A stretch of DNA of 64,000 nt from an uncultured Halobacteriales archaeon (GCA_964627625.1 CAZVJB010000011.1:12175-76174); one strand, 5' to 3'; counted from the stretch's first letter, positions 37,580-47,561 are shown. Numbers and translations: made by a program. The notes: a model not told the origin generated them from the sequence alone.

Positions 37580-38452
37580 CTATCCTGCAACGCGTCGTGC
37601 CGTTGGAACTTCCGCGCCGAATTCGAAGGCTGGAGGAACGTAGTTTGACCAGTTTGGAATGGTATCCGGCCGACGAGTAATGTATGACATGAGTTGATGC
37701 ATCAAGACAAAGAGCGAATGCTCGCCCACTTCCCATGTGGATAGGTGGTCCGGGTATTGGGCGCGTTGATCGGCCTCGCGTGCCCCCAATTTCGTCCGAT
37801 ACTCGGAGCCGATTTCGCCGAAGTTCGATACCTCAAAGTAGGTGCCGCCTCGAGCCAGGGCCTTGCCAAGCACGCAGACAAAGTCAAGGCGGTCTGGAAT
37901 GGGAATTCCCTGCTGAAGGTCGGCCAGCCAGGCATGGAGTTGCGGAGCATCGGGTCCGCTAAAGGCAAACAGCCCGCAGATGCTCTCGGTAAGGGCCGGC
38001 TTGCCCACGAATTCGTGGGGCGCGGCACGCAATTGGGTCTTCAGCTTGCGCACCTTTTCGACGACCGCCTTCAGTTCGCTACGTGAAAGGTTGGTCTTGA
38101 CCTCAAAAGTGGCGGAAACGGCGTCAGCTGTGAGCAAGGCGCTAGCTTCGTTCTCATCGAGGGGCGCATGGTTGAGGCGGTCGAAAATGACGATGTCCTG
38201 CTGCGATGTAAACTCCGCTGCGGATGCGAGAACGATGCCCGTTGCGACGCCAAACCGGGCGGGAAGTCGCTTTCGGAAAAACTCGCGCAAGATTTCCTCA
38301 CGGCTTCGACCCAGCTCCCCAGGCGCCCTCAGACGCGTGAGGCCCGCGGCTTCGGCGTCGCGACGCATGTTCTCCGCCGCAGTTCGGATGAGTTCGTGGA
38401 CCGTCACACAGCCGGCAACGCGCCTGACGTTATGGACCCGCTGCCAGCACAA
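37580..38452 (-). CDS. Hypothetical protein with possible PD-(D/E)xK nuclease-like core; convergent with the helicase gene
   Basis: QQDIVIFDR ... ATFEVKTNLS gives a hydrophobic-strand Asp followed by an E-x-K, compatible with restriction-endonuclease-fold motifs II and III. The spacing of ~27 residues is longer than typical. Confidence 0.4.
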   Translation of the reverse strand: MCWQRVHNVRRVAGCVTVHELIRTAAENMRRDAEAAGLTRLRAPGELGRSREEILREFFRKRLPARFGVATGIVLASAAEFTSQQDIVIFDRLNHAPLDENEASALLTADAVSATFEVKTNLSRSELKAVVEKVRKLKTQLRAAPHEFVGKPALTESICGLFAFSGPDAPQLHAWLADLQQGIPIPDRLDFVCVLGKALARGGTYFEVSNFGEIGSEYRTKLGAREADQRAQYPDHLSTWEVGEHSLFVLMHQLMSYITRRPDTIPNWSNYVPPAFEFGAEVPTARRVAG

Positions 38453-38568
38453 TCCATGAGGGGATAGCGCCCGAGAATGCCGTGGACCGTTGCTTCCATA
38501 CGCCGGGCCGCCGTCCCAGTCACGTGCGTCGTAGACAACCCCCCTCGTCCGACTCTTGGGAGCAGAAG

Positions 38569-39105
38569 ATGGCCTTCAGCGAGGAGCTCGACCTGAAGTT
38601 GCAGGATCTCGGTTTTTCTGCTCACTTCGCCCGTGTCCGCCGTTCCATCGATCGCTTCACGCACTTCGAGAACGAACCCATCTCGCGGGACGCCATGGAA
38701 GCCTTGGAGGACGACTTCCTCGATGCGGTCGAAGCTGTCCGGCACCTGTTCGATTGGGTCCGCAAGAATTTGCCCAGCGGCGTCTCAACCGCGGTACTGG
38801 ATGGAGTAACTCAGTTGCCAAGACAGCAGGCCGTCAAGGCCATTGGCGATGCCTCCAAGCATCGGGGCATTGAAGTTGGGCGTCTGCCGAAGTACTTTCA
38901 AGGGGACATCTGGCTGAAATCAAGCGGCCAAACGACGCGCTACGAGAGCCTCGGGGACTTCTACCGGCGCCTCGAAATCCACTGGGGCCCCCAGGTCGAA
39001 CATCCTGCTGATTTCCTACGGGCGGCCCTCGCAGACTGGGAACACCTGCTCGAGAAGGAAATCCTGGGCAGCCAAATAGCAGACCGACTACGCCCGCCCG
39101 AATAA
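38569..39105 (+). CDS. Hypothetical protein (~178 aa)
   Basis: The ORF is trimmed to the internal Met (MAFSEELDLKLQDLG...). Balanced composition, no recognisable motifs. Confidence 0.35.
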   Translation: MAFSEELDLKLQDLGFSAHFARVRRSIDRFTHFENEPISRDAMEALEDDFLDAVEAVRHLFDWVRKNLPSGVSTAVLDGVTQLPRQQAVKAIGDASKHRGIEVGRLPKYFQGDIWLKSSGQTTRYESLGDFYRRLEIHWGPQVEHPADFLRAALADWEHLLEKEILGSQIADRLRPPE

Positions 39106-39173
39106 CGTCGGCCGCCACTCACAATCCACGCCTGGAGAGCGCGACGGCATCTCATCGCCTCGATTCGCGCTGC

Positions 39174-40013
39174 TTACGGCACCCTAGTCAGTCCTCGGAG
39201 CAACTCGTGCCGTATCTTGACGAGAAGGCGCTGCGTGTTGCGGGCCTCCCATACCAGATAGGTTCCTAGACCGAGGCCCAGCCCCGCTCCAGTCAAGACC
39301 AGGGGCCAGCTTCCGCCTGACCCTATCGAGGCCACGCTCGTAATCATGCCGGCGAGAACCAAGGCGAGGCCGGCGTTTAGCTCGAATTTTAGTTGAACAA
39401 CGCGGGTGCGAAGGTAGCGGTGACCGACGGCCTCGATTTCGTAGCACAACCGCAGGTACGCATGCCAATCGCCCATTACGTCAATGTCGTCGGCGACGTT
39501 CCGGTTTCGCCGCGTCGCAGCATCCTCCAGCCCTTTGTCCCAGCGGGCCTCGAGGTGGGTCCCGGCACTCTCCAGCGTCATTCCAAACAGGAGAATTGCC
39601 CCTGACAATCCGAAAAGTGGCATCGGCTCGGCCCAAGCGATTGCAGGGACCAGACCCCAATTTGAACCGGCCAGGATCATTGCTCCAACGACCAAGGAGC
39701 CGGGCACCACCAGGCGCGTGAACGGCCCAAGGATTTCGGATTCAATGGTGGAGAGGATGCTCTTCACTCGGGGGCCACCGTTCATGGTACGCTTGAGCGT
39801 TTTGGGTCGCAGAATCCGAACCTGGCCTAGATATCCCTCGTCGGAGACCGTGACGAATCCTGTGGGCTTCCTCGTCGAATAGGATGATTCGCCAGCCGAC
39901 AGGACCGTGAACTCAACTTGATCTAGAGCCCGCGCGCGCCCTCTGGCGTTTCGGATGAAGGAAGCGCCATCCGGACCAGAACACCACCGAGGCGGTAGGA
40001 ATGGTGAGGACAT
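39174..40013 (-). CDS. Hypothetical multi-pass membrane protein
   Basis: Several hydrophobic helices (LVVPGSLVVGAMILAGSNWGLV, MPLFGLSGAILLFGMTL, LALVLAGMITSVASIGSGGSWPLVLTGAGLGLGLGTYLVW). The start is uncertain. A second small membrane ORF overlaps at 39913-40122. Confidence 0.35.
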   Translation of the reverse strand: MSSPFLPPRWCSGPDGASFIRNARGRARALDQVEFTVLSAGESSYSTRKPTGFVTVSDEGYLGQVRILRPKTLKRTMNGGPRVKSILSTIESEILGPFTRLVVPGSLVVGAMILAGSNWGLVPAIAWAEPMPLFGLSGAILLFGMTLESAGTHLEARWDKGLEDAATRRNRNVADDIDVMGDWHAYLRLCYEIEAVGHRYLRTRVVQLKFELNAGLALVLAGMITSVASIGSGGSWPLVLTGAGLGLGLGTYLVWEARNTQRLLVKIRHELLRGLTRVP

Positions 40014-40319
40014 CGCCCAAGATGCTTCCAGCCAAGGTATGGTTAAAGGTTACGAGGACTGCGAAAATTGCGGCCCAGATTGGTAGATAGGCCCCTTTGC
40101 GGGGGAGGTCACTCCATGTCATTGGCGACGCATATTGCGTTCGACTCGATAAATGCGGGTAAGAGGTGAGTGAATGCGTAGCCGCCGTTGGATTTCGGCT
40201 ACCTGTCAGCGCGAACGGATTGCCCTTAGACGCCGACGACGCCCGGAGCCAACGGTCTCGAATACTTCCGCTTCGGTCCCGAGAGCATATTTAAGCCGAG
40301 GCAAACTCCAATCAGTAGG

Positions 40320-42173
40320 ATGGGACGCGATTACGCGGTCGAAATCGATGCCCTACCGGCGACCTACGGGGAGGCTGTGGGCCGCAAATACTCGAAGGAG
40401 GACATCGAGGCTTTCCGCGCCACCTTGGCCCACCCGCTCGTAGTCACCGGTGTCGGCGGCAGCATTGCGGCCTGCGAGTTGGCGGCCTCTCTGCACCGCG
40501 AATTTACGCGTTTACCGGCGCGCGTCGCATCGACGCTTCAAATGGCCGAGGAAGGGGTTCTACAAGGCGAGTCCTGCGTCGTCATGACCGCCAGCGGCCG
40601 CAACAAGGACGTCCTGCATAGCTTCGATGCGGCCGCCCAGACGGGCGCTGCCGAGCTGCTCATCGTTACCGCCAATGCCGATTCGCCGATTGCCCAGCGC
40701 GCCGAGAAACAGGGCTACCCCCACGTCTTCGACATCCAGTGCACCATACGCAAGGACGGCTTCCTGGCTACAAACACTCTGTTGGCAACCTGCACGCACG
40801 TTATTCGATGTTGGGCGGAGGCTTGCAACCTCGATCCCACTTTGCCAGCCACAATCGAGGCGCTCCTCGGATCCACATTCGCCGCCGCGCGCAAGGCGGC
40901 TCAACGACAAGCCAACGCGGTTTCGGGGCGGCCGATTTTCCTGGTCCTACACGCCGGAAATGGATCGTCCGGGGCAATCGATTTCGAGGCACGCATAAAC
41001 GAAGGAGGCCTTGGAACCGTCCACCTCGCCGATGCACGAATGTTCGCCCACGGCCGCCACAACTGGCTGGCAGCTCACCTCGACGAAGTGGCGGTGATTG
41101 CATTTGGCGACCAGCGCAGCCGCCGCCTCCTCGATGCCACACTTGGGCTACTGCCAAAGAAAGTCCCGCAACTGAAGCTTTCGACCACCGACGACTCCGC
41201 AGGCCGGCTCCGTTCCATCATCTCCTCAATGCTTCTGACTGAATCGCTCGGCCACGAGCGCGGCGTGAATCCAGGTCGCCCAATCGTTTCCAATTGGGGC
41301 CGCTCCATCTACAGCCTTGGCCCCAAGGGTGTCAGCGCCACCCACGAGGCCCACGCAAAGGTTCCTCCCGCACCAGCACAAGCGCTCGGCCGCCAGAAGG
41401 CTGACCGTGCGCCCCATGTGGTGAAGGGCCTCGTCCTCGACGTAGACGGCACGATCCTTGAACGGCGCGAGCGCCGACGCGCCCCGCCCGCAGGAATAAT
41501 GCAGGAGCTGAATCGCCTCCTGGGCGAAGGCTGTATCGTCGGCTTTGCAACCGGGCGGGGAAAAAGCCTCCACCACCAGATATTCAAGGGACACATCGCC
41601 GAGAAGTACGCCAGCCAGGTGGTGCTTGGCTACTACAACGGTACCATCTTGCAATCCTTCAGCGACGGAGACCCCAAACTCGGCGACCCTGATCCTTTGC
41701 TTGCTCAACTCAAGGTCGCGCTAGAACGACACAACGATCCGCCATGGTTCGACATCGAGGACCGGCCGACACAACTCACTGCAAACGCCCGGAACCCTGG
41801 AAACGCCATGCCACTGGGAGCGCTCGTTCAAGCATTAGTTCACGAACTCAAGCTCCCGCTGGCCTTCGGGCACAGTACCCTCGGCCTCGATATCTTTCCA
41901 GCGTCCGCGGGAAAGCCGCGAGTGGTGGAGGCCGTGGCAAAGAAGGCTGGCATCAAAGCGGATGACGTGGTCCGCCTCGGCGACATGGGGGCCATCAATG
42001 GCAATGACTTCCCCATGCTCAACCATGCCTCGGGGTACACGGTTTGGCTAACGACCCCCCACGGGCAGGCAGGCCACCTTGCATCCCTGCCGACTCTACG
42101 CGGTCCTCAAGCGGCCTTGGTGTTCCTGCGTACGCTGCATGGCCCCAACTCAAAGTCGCGGCGGAGCGCCTGA
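40320..42173 (+). CDS. Double SIS (phosphosugar-binding) domain protein fused to a C-terminal HAD-superfamily phosphatase domain; first gene of a five-gene overlapping operon
   Basis: SIS-1: LVVTGVGGSIAACELAASLH...CVVMTASGRNKDVLHSF...AAELLIVTANADSPIA. A second SIS-like unit follows (RPIFLVLHAGNGSSGAIDFEARI). HAD motif I is VKGLVLDVDGTIL, and the C-terminal motif IV is RLGDMGAINGNDFPML. Confidence 0.7.
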   Translation: MGRDYAVEIDALPATYGEAVGRKYSKEDIEAFRATLAHPLVVTGVGGSIAACELAASLHREFTRLPARVASTLQMAEEGVLQGESCVVMTASGRNKDVLHSFDAAAQTGAAELLIVTANADSPIAQRAEKQGYPHVFDIQCTIRKDGFLATNTLLATCTHVIRCWAEACNLDPTLPATIEALLGSTFAAARKAAQRQANAVSGRPIFLVLHAGNGSSGAIDFEARINEGGLGTVHLADARMFAHGRHNWLAAHLDEVAVIAFGDQRSRRLLDATLGLLPKKVPQLKLSTTDDSAGRLRSIISSMLLTESLGHERGVNPGRPIVSNWGRSIYSLGPKGVSATHEAHAKVPPAPAQALGRQKADRAPHVVKGLVLDVDGTILERRERRRAPPAGIMQELNRLLGEGCIVGFATGRGKSLHHQIFKGHIAEKYASQVVLGYYNGTILQSFSDGDPKLGDPDPLLAQLKVALERHNDPPWFDIEDRPTQLTANARNPGNAMPLGALVQALVHELKLPLAFGHSTLGLDIFPASAGKPRVVEAVAKKAGIKADDVVRLGDMGAINGNDFPMLNHASGYTVWLTTPHGQAGHLASLPTLRGPQAALVFLRTLHGPNSKSRRSA

Positions 42174-42175
42174 CC

Positions 42176-43330
42176 GTGCACTCCAACGACGTGAACTCAG
42201 CCCTAGCTCGGCTCCTGAAGGATTTCCCGAAGGACAAGTTCCCGGACGAGATTCGCCGACTCGGGGCCTTGGCCCAATACAAGTACGATGAGTACCAACA
42301 ATTCGCCCCGGGACGGTACTTCATGGAGAGCCTCGTTTCGTGGCTCGGCCGCATCCCCGAGAACCATCGCCAAGCGGCCTTCAACTTTGTTCGCGACCGG
42401 CTTGTTTTCTTCGGCCGCGGTGACATCTACCACTTTGCCCAGGTCGCCTATCAACACCTCATCCGCAGTTTCCTGGTGACTTCGGAAACCCAGGCGCTCA
42501 AGCTACCGATTCACAAGCGCCCCAAGATCGCGCAATCAAGATATTTCCGGGCTCTCGAACGCAATTCCCTCTTCATTGGCCTCAGCGACGGTGCCCGCAT
42601 CGACGACTTTCGCCGCCTTGGAGAGTTGCACAACGACCAAGTCCACTCTAGCTACCACGTAACCCCAGACCGGCTGACAGAAATGATCAGGTCGTGGACC
42701 GATCACCGTGACACGAACGCGGCCGACGTCGCCGCAGAAGGGATTGGCGAAATCTCGGCGATGAAGGTCCGGCGCATCTTCCTGGTCGATGACCTTTCCG
42801 CCAGCGGTACCAGTGTCATCGACTACGACGAACTCGCTCAGAAATGGAAGGGGCGGTACCCGACGTTCATCAACCTCGTGCTGGGCGACGACGTCTACCC
42901 TGACTTGGACCAAGCCAACCTCGAAGTCCACCTCGTGTTCTACGTCGCAACGGATCAGGCGAACGCCGACGTGAAAAGCAAGATTGATACGTTCAACGCG
43001 AAACGAAAAACGGCCGGCAAACTCACGGCGTCCACGGAGATCCTGACGGTCCAGCCGTTGCCCGCGACACTTGCAGTCGGCCAGCAAGTCAATGACTCTC
43101 GGTACCGCGACTTCATCGACGCCTATGACATGACGGGCTCGTACGACAAGAGCATGGCAAAGGGCGGGCCGGATGGCCACCAAAAATGGGGCTTCAAGAA
43201 ATGCGCTCTCCCGATTGTCTTGTACCACAACTGCCCGAACAACACCATAGGCCCAATCTGGATGTACCCCGGTGAGAAGGGCATGCAAGGATTGTTCCCG
43301 CGCGTTCGCCGCCACTGGTGGGACACCTAA
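42176..43330 (+). CDS. Protein with C-terminal phosphoribosyltransferase (PRTase)-like domain and unknown N-terminal domain
   Basis: The GTG start is 3 nt after the upstream stop. The PRPP-loop-like motif RRIFLVDDLSASGTSV matches the hhhhDDhxoTGxT consensus. The ~215-aa N-terminal region is unassigned. Confidence 0.5.
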   Translation: MHSNDVNSALARLLKDFPKDKFPDEIRRLGALAQYKYDEYQQFAPGRYFMESLVSWLGRIPENHRQAAFNFVRDRLVFFGRGDIYHFAQVAYQHLIRSFLVTSETQALKLPIHKRPKIAQSRYFRALERNSLFIGLSDGARIDDFRRLGELHNDQVHSSYHVTPDRLTEMIRSWTDHRDTNAADVAAEGIGEISAMKVRRIFLVDDLSASGTSVIDYDELAQKWKGRYPTFINLVLGDDVYPDLDQANLEVHLVFYVATDQANADVKSKIDTFNAKRKTAGKLTASTEILTVQPLPATLAVGQQVNDSRYRDFIDAYDMTGSYDKSMAKGGPDGHQKWGFKKCALPIVLYHNCPNNTIGPIWMYPGEKGMQGLFPRVRRHWWDT

Positions 43331-45390
43331 TGGCTGGGACACTTAGCAACCCGTTTGCCGAGGGCATTACGGAGCTTATTGAGAGCGACCAGGATTTTGC
43401 AACACTTTTCGAGCCCAGCATCATGGATCGCATCGCCTGGGACAAACACATGAAGGCGCCGCTGACGTACTGGCTCAGTGCGCAAGGCGGCGGCAAGAGC
43501 GCGCTTCTACGCGCCTTCACACCTGGCGTCCTGCAGGCTGCGCGCCGCCGTGGAGAGAACGACCCTCTGAGACAGACACTCGAGCGAATCGGTGCCCTGC
43601 ATGCAGGGAACCTGGTCATCATCGGCGTGCACAGCAAGTGCACCATCAGCTTCGCCTACATCGGAGACCTGAACGTTCCACAGGCACGACAGCGTTCGCT
43701 CTTCTTCGCGCTGCTAAACGCGCGCGTGATCTTGCGCTTCCTGCGGGCCATCTGCGCTTTCCACGAAGCCCCGATGACCGAAGGTCTCGAACGGTTCAAC
43801 TTCAACTTCGGCGAAGAGTTCCACGGCCTGCCGAGCTCCGCACCTCGGTCGGGTACGGGCCGCGAGCTTCTCCTATGGGCATCCAATGCCGAGCGCGCTT
43901 GTCTTGAGAGTATTGAAGGGACGGGGGAATCTGCATCCCCGGACACTTCCAGCCAGTCCTTCGTGGCGCAGCGGGTCTGCGATCCCCGATACTGGTCCTT
44001 CGACAGCAAGCCCGTCAGGGCCAGCTCGATTATCCTCCTTGACGACGCGCAGACGCTAACAGCCGACCAACGTGGCTGGCTTGCCCAAAGCATCACGGAG
44101 GAACGCGAAGGCGCGCGCGTCTGGATGGCGGCGCGCTTGCACGTCATGAGTCGCGCCGCCATTTTCTTCGGCGCGCGAGAAAAGCGGGATTGGCTTGAGG
44201 TTCGTCTTGAAGACTTGTGGCGTAGCAAGGGAGAGGATGATGGAAAGGCCAGCAAGTCCATTGCCGGAAATCGTGCCCAGATCGCATTCCTGACGGCCAT
44301 CGGCGACCGCCGCATCGGCAGGGGAGCGAGCCGACGCATCAAGCATTTCACGGACCTGGTGCAGGACAAATTCGTCTTTCCCGGGTCGGACGACGTGATT
44401 GCCAAGGCGACGGACCGCGTCAAGAAGAGCATCCAAGCCAAGACCCGGGGAGGCCGACGCTTTTCCAAGTGGCTAGAATGGCCCCAAGGCGCCGCAACGC
44501 CTTGGGACACGCTGCTCCGCTGGCGCGCCCTTGAAATCCTCGTCGACCGCGACATGAATGCCGTGCCCTTGAGCATCGAGGAGGTTCTGGAAGTCTCGGT
44601 ACTGCAGGCACGCAACGTAGAAACGGCCGACACCATGCACGCAGCTCATGCCCTCCTCTCGGTTGAATCTCAAGGCGATAAGCAACTGCCGGAGATCCCC
44701 CTCTACTATGGCATCGACACCCTGGCGTACCTCGGCATGGAAAACGTTCAGCAGTTCATCCGCACCTGCCATGTTCTTTACGACAAGGCGTTGGACCAGG
44801 AAATCCGCCGCAACCCCCAAATTCACGTGGACGCCGCGGACCAAGACCGGCTGGTCCGGAATTTGGCAGGTGACCGCTGGAAAGCAATCCGCGAGGATAC
44901 AACAGATGGACCGGAGCTGCAACGCCTGCTATCCTTGATGCTGGACCGCCTACACGTTGAGTTCGAAAAGCCAAACGCGCCGTATGCGCCCGCTCCGGTC
45001 GGTCTCGGCATCCCAGTCGTAGAGTACGAATCACTGATGGACATGACCGTTGACCCCACGAACGCGGCGGTTTCGAACCTTCTTGGGAAAGCAGTGGCCT
45101 ACAATCTTCTCGCGGTGCAAAGCCGTGCGCACAGGAGCGAACCCCACCGAATCTTCTTCCTTAATCCGCTCCTGCTCGTGCATAGTGGGCTGCCCATTCG
45201 CAGCCGCCAGTTCCAAGGCACGACTTTGGGGGAGCTGGCGGATTGGCTCGAGAACGGGTTCCAACCTGCCGACGGCGGGGGCAAGAGCCAGGCCAACCGA
45301 AAGCGCATCGTACGTGTGCCGAAGCTGCCCAATTCAAAGGGCAGCCGTCGCATCGACGAGTTTCACCCGGAGGATGCCGGTGGCCCCTGA
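43330..45390 (+). CDS. Large P-loop NTPase (686 aa)
   Basis: The ATG overlaps the upstream TAA (TAATG). Walker A is LSAQGGGKSALL. A Walker-B-like SSIILLDDAQTL lies ~180 aa downstream, a spacing seen in STAND/KAP-like NTPases. The remainder is unassigned. Confidence 0.6.
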   Translation: MAGTLSNPFAEGITELIESDQDFATLFEPSIMDRIAWDKHMKAPLTYWLSAQGGGKSALLRAFTPGVLQAARRRGENDPLRQTLERIGALHAGNLVIIGVHSKCTISFAYIGDLNVPQARQRSLFFALLNARVILRFLRAICAFHEAPMTEGLERFNFNFGEEFHGLPSSAPRSGTGRELLLWASNAERACLESIEGTGESASPDTSSQSFVAQRVCDPRYWSFDSKPVRASSIILLDDAQTLTADQRGWLAQSITEEREGARVWMAARLHVMSRAAIFFGAREKRDWLEVRLEDLWRSKGEDDGKASKSIAGNRAQIAFLTAIGDRRIGRGASRRIKHFTDLVQDKFVFPGSDDVIAKATDRVKKSIQAKTRGGRRFSKWLEWPQGAATPWDTLLRWRALEILVDRDMNAVPLSIEEVLEVSVLQARNVETADTMHAAHALLSVESQGDKQLPEIPLYYGIDTLAYLGMENVQQFIRTCHVLYDKALDQEIRRNPQIHVDAADQDRLVRNLAGDRWKAIREDTTDGPELQRLLSLMLDRLHVEFEKPNAPYAPAPVGLGIPVVEYESLMDMTVDPTNAAVSNLLGKAVAYNLLAVQSRAHRSEPHRIFFLNPLLLVHSGLPIRSRQFQGTTLGELADWLENGFQPADGGGKSQANRKRIVRVPKLPNSKGSRRIDEFHPEDAGGP

Positions 45391-46504
45391 CGGTTGGCGT
45401 CCTCGCTGGCGCGAAGGCTTCTTCGTCCGTGGATCCGAATTTGAAGAATTTTGGGCTTCGTACCTGGGTGACAGCCGTCGCGTCAGCGTCGTGCATGCAT
45501 TCGGGTTCGACCCGCGCGCCACCCACTTCCTGCCATTCGTTTTCACAAAGTGCAAAACCAAGCCCGAGCGCATCCTATCGTTCGAGCTGAAGTACCCGGG
45601 GGGCCAGAAGGAGATCACGGACCAGGTGGCCGCCAACCGCGCTGCGCTCATGACCGACATCGACAAGACCCACCATGAGGAGACCGACATCAACATTGGC
45701 CGTCCCAAGCATGGAGGAGAGAGCAGTAAGGCCGTGCAGACCCGTGTTCGTCAATTCCTCGAGGCCGGCCAGGACACAGACGTCATCATCGACATCAACG
45801 CCATGCCCAAATCCGTAGCCATGGCCGCCATCAGCACCGCGCTAAGCGTGAGTGATGACGTGGCAGGCAAGCGGGTCCTCAATGTCCACGTCGTCGTCGA
45901 CCACAACCCCCAGCTCGACCAACGAATCCGACAGACCGAGATTAACAAGGACGCGTTCCTGCTTGCAGGTTTCATTGCGGGCTTCGACGTTGAGAACCCG
46001 GAAGAGCGCCCGGGCATTTGGATGCCCATCCTTGGCCGCGGCCGCCTTGAGCAACTCCAGGCGGTAGCCGAACAGACCTGGACCCCAAAAGAAAAGTGTC
46101 CGGTCGTGCCGAGCCCGAGCCAGGATCCCCGCCACAGCGACGAACTCGTGGTCGAGTACGACAACTTCTTGGAGCGCAAGGACGAAGTATTCCGGCAATT
46201 GCCAAACGTCCTTCGCGTGAGCGAGGACAACCCCTTCGAAGCTTATCAGCAGCTCGTGGAGACTATTGCCGAATTCGGCAAGAACTACCAAGTCCTCGGA
46301 GGCTGCCGCGTCCTAGTAACGGCTCACAGCACCAAGCTCCTGAGCCTGGCTGGATTGCTTGCTGTTTATGAGGCAAAGAAGCGTAGCCTATGCCAAGGAG
46401 TGAGTTTTGCCTTCGTCGAAGCCGCCGGCCACAAGGTCGAACCTGGGGAGGAAACCGCGTCCACACCATACTCGCTCTGGCTTGCGGGGGACGCCTATGG
46501 CTAG
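45374..46504 (+). CDS. Hypothetical protein (376 aa), fourth gene of the overlapping operon
   Basis: The ATG at 45374 overlaps the upstream stop by 17 nt. Balanced globular composition, no recognisable motif. The track's longer ORF from 45050 is an upstream extension across the previous gene. Confidence 0.5.
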   Translation: MPVAPDGWRPRWREGFFVRGSEFEEFWASYLGDSRRVSVVHAFGFDPRATHFLPFVFTKCKTKPERILSFELKYPGGQKEITDQVAANRAALMTDIDKTHHEETDINIGRPKHGGESSKAVQTRVRQFLEAGQDTDVIIDINAMPKSVAMAAISTALSVSDDVAGKRVLNVHVVVDHNPQLDQRIRQTEINKDAFLLAGFIAGFDVENPEERPGIWMPILGRGRLEQLQAVAEQTWTPKEKCPVVPSPSQDPRHSDELVVEYDNFLERKDEVFRQLPNVLRVSEDNPFEAYQQLVETIAEFGKNYQVLGGCRVLVTAHSTKLLSLAGLLAVYEAKKRSLCQGVSFAFVEAAGHKVEPGEETASTPYSLWLAGDAYG

Positions 46505-47561
46505 ACTTCCGGCCTCCAAACCGCGTGCGGTCGGAAGTGGCCTCGTCGCCTTGGACGTCCTGCTTGAGAGTGGCAAGAAAACACCCAAAACATACGCGGG
46601 CGGCAGTTGCGGCAACGTCATGGCCATCCTGGCCTGGCTGGGGTGGACCGCCACGCCATGGGCGCGGCTCGGAAAGGACGCGAGCGGCCGCCGTATCGTG
46701 GAAGACCTAGCCAAGCACGGGGTGGACACGCAGTTCTTGGTCGGCGACGCGGGCGGAGGCTCGCCCGTCATCGTCCAAGAAAACAAACGTACTCCCTCTG
46801 GCCAACTCACCCATCGCTTTCATTGGAAATGCCCCAGTTGCGGCAATCCCTACCCTCGTTTCCGTGCCCCCCTGCTGGCCGGCGTCGATGCAGTCATCAA
46901 GGAGACCGGGCACCCCACTGTCTACTACTTCGACCGCGCAACGCCGGCAGGCATCAAGCTTGCACAGGACAGCCGCGAACATGGAGCAACCGTCGTCTTC
47001 GAGCCCAACAGCATTCGCGACGAGAAGCTGTTTGGGCGGGCCTGCACGGTGGCCCACGTGCTCAAGTACAGCGCCGAACGCCTCGATGCCTATCAGGATC
47101 TCCTCGAGCCGGCGAAATTACCAGTCCAGATTGAAACGATGGGACCCGACGGTCTCCAATTCCGCGTTCGGCAGGGGGCCTGGACGCGCCTCCCTGCCTT
47201 CGGCGCTCCCGTTTTCGTAGATGCGGCAGGTTCGGGAGACTGGTGCACAGCAGCGCTCATCAACCGCACCTTCCGGAAGAGGATAAACTGGAAGACAATC
47301 AAAGCCGACGCAATCGGCCAAGGCCTAGCGCGCGGCCAGGCGTTGGCGGCCATCAACTGCGGATACCCTGGAGCACGGGGCATGATGTACCACCTGACCG
47401 CACGGGAAGCGATGGCTCAGGCTGACGCCCTCGTGTCCAAGCGAATATTGTCACCACCGGCCCCTGCGGCCGAGCAGCCGTGGGCCAACTGGAATGTGTG
47501 CGCGTCGTGTGACCACAACGCCGTCATCCCAACCACGAAGAAGCGGTCGGCCAAAACCTAG
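46497..47561 (+). CDS. PfkB/ribokinase-family sugar or nucleoside kinase
   Basis: The ATG overlaps the upstream stop by 8 nt. Motifs: N-terminal VGSGLVALDV, anion-hole-like GGSCGNV, and the C-terminal DAAGSGDWCTAALI matching the ribokinase-family DTxGAGD signature. Confidence 0.65.
   Translation: MARLPASKPRAVGSGLVALDVLLESGKKTPKTYAGGSCGNVMAILAWLGWTATPWARLGKDASGRRIVEDLAKHGVDTQFLVGDAGGGSPVIVQENKRTPSGQLTHRFHWKCPSCGNPYPRFRAPLLAGVDAVIKETGHPTVYYFDRATPAGIKLAQDSREHGATVVFEPNSIRDEKLFGRACTVAHVLKYSAERLDAYQDLLEPAKLPVQIETMGPDGLQFRVRQGAWTRLPAFGAPVFVDAAGSGDWCTAALINRTFRKRINWKTIKADAIGQGLARGQALAAINCGYPGARGMMYHLTAREAMAQADALVSKRILSPPAPAAEQPWANWNVCASCDHNAVIPTTKKRSAKT

Noticed and set aside
42536-44636. Long minus-strand ORFs (268 aa and 326 aa) antisense to the PRTase-like and NTPase genes
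   Set aside because: Biased Arg/Ser/Ala composition. The plus-strand genes have Walker and PRPP motifs and coupled start/stop overlaps.
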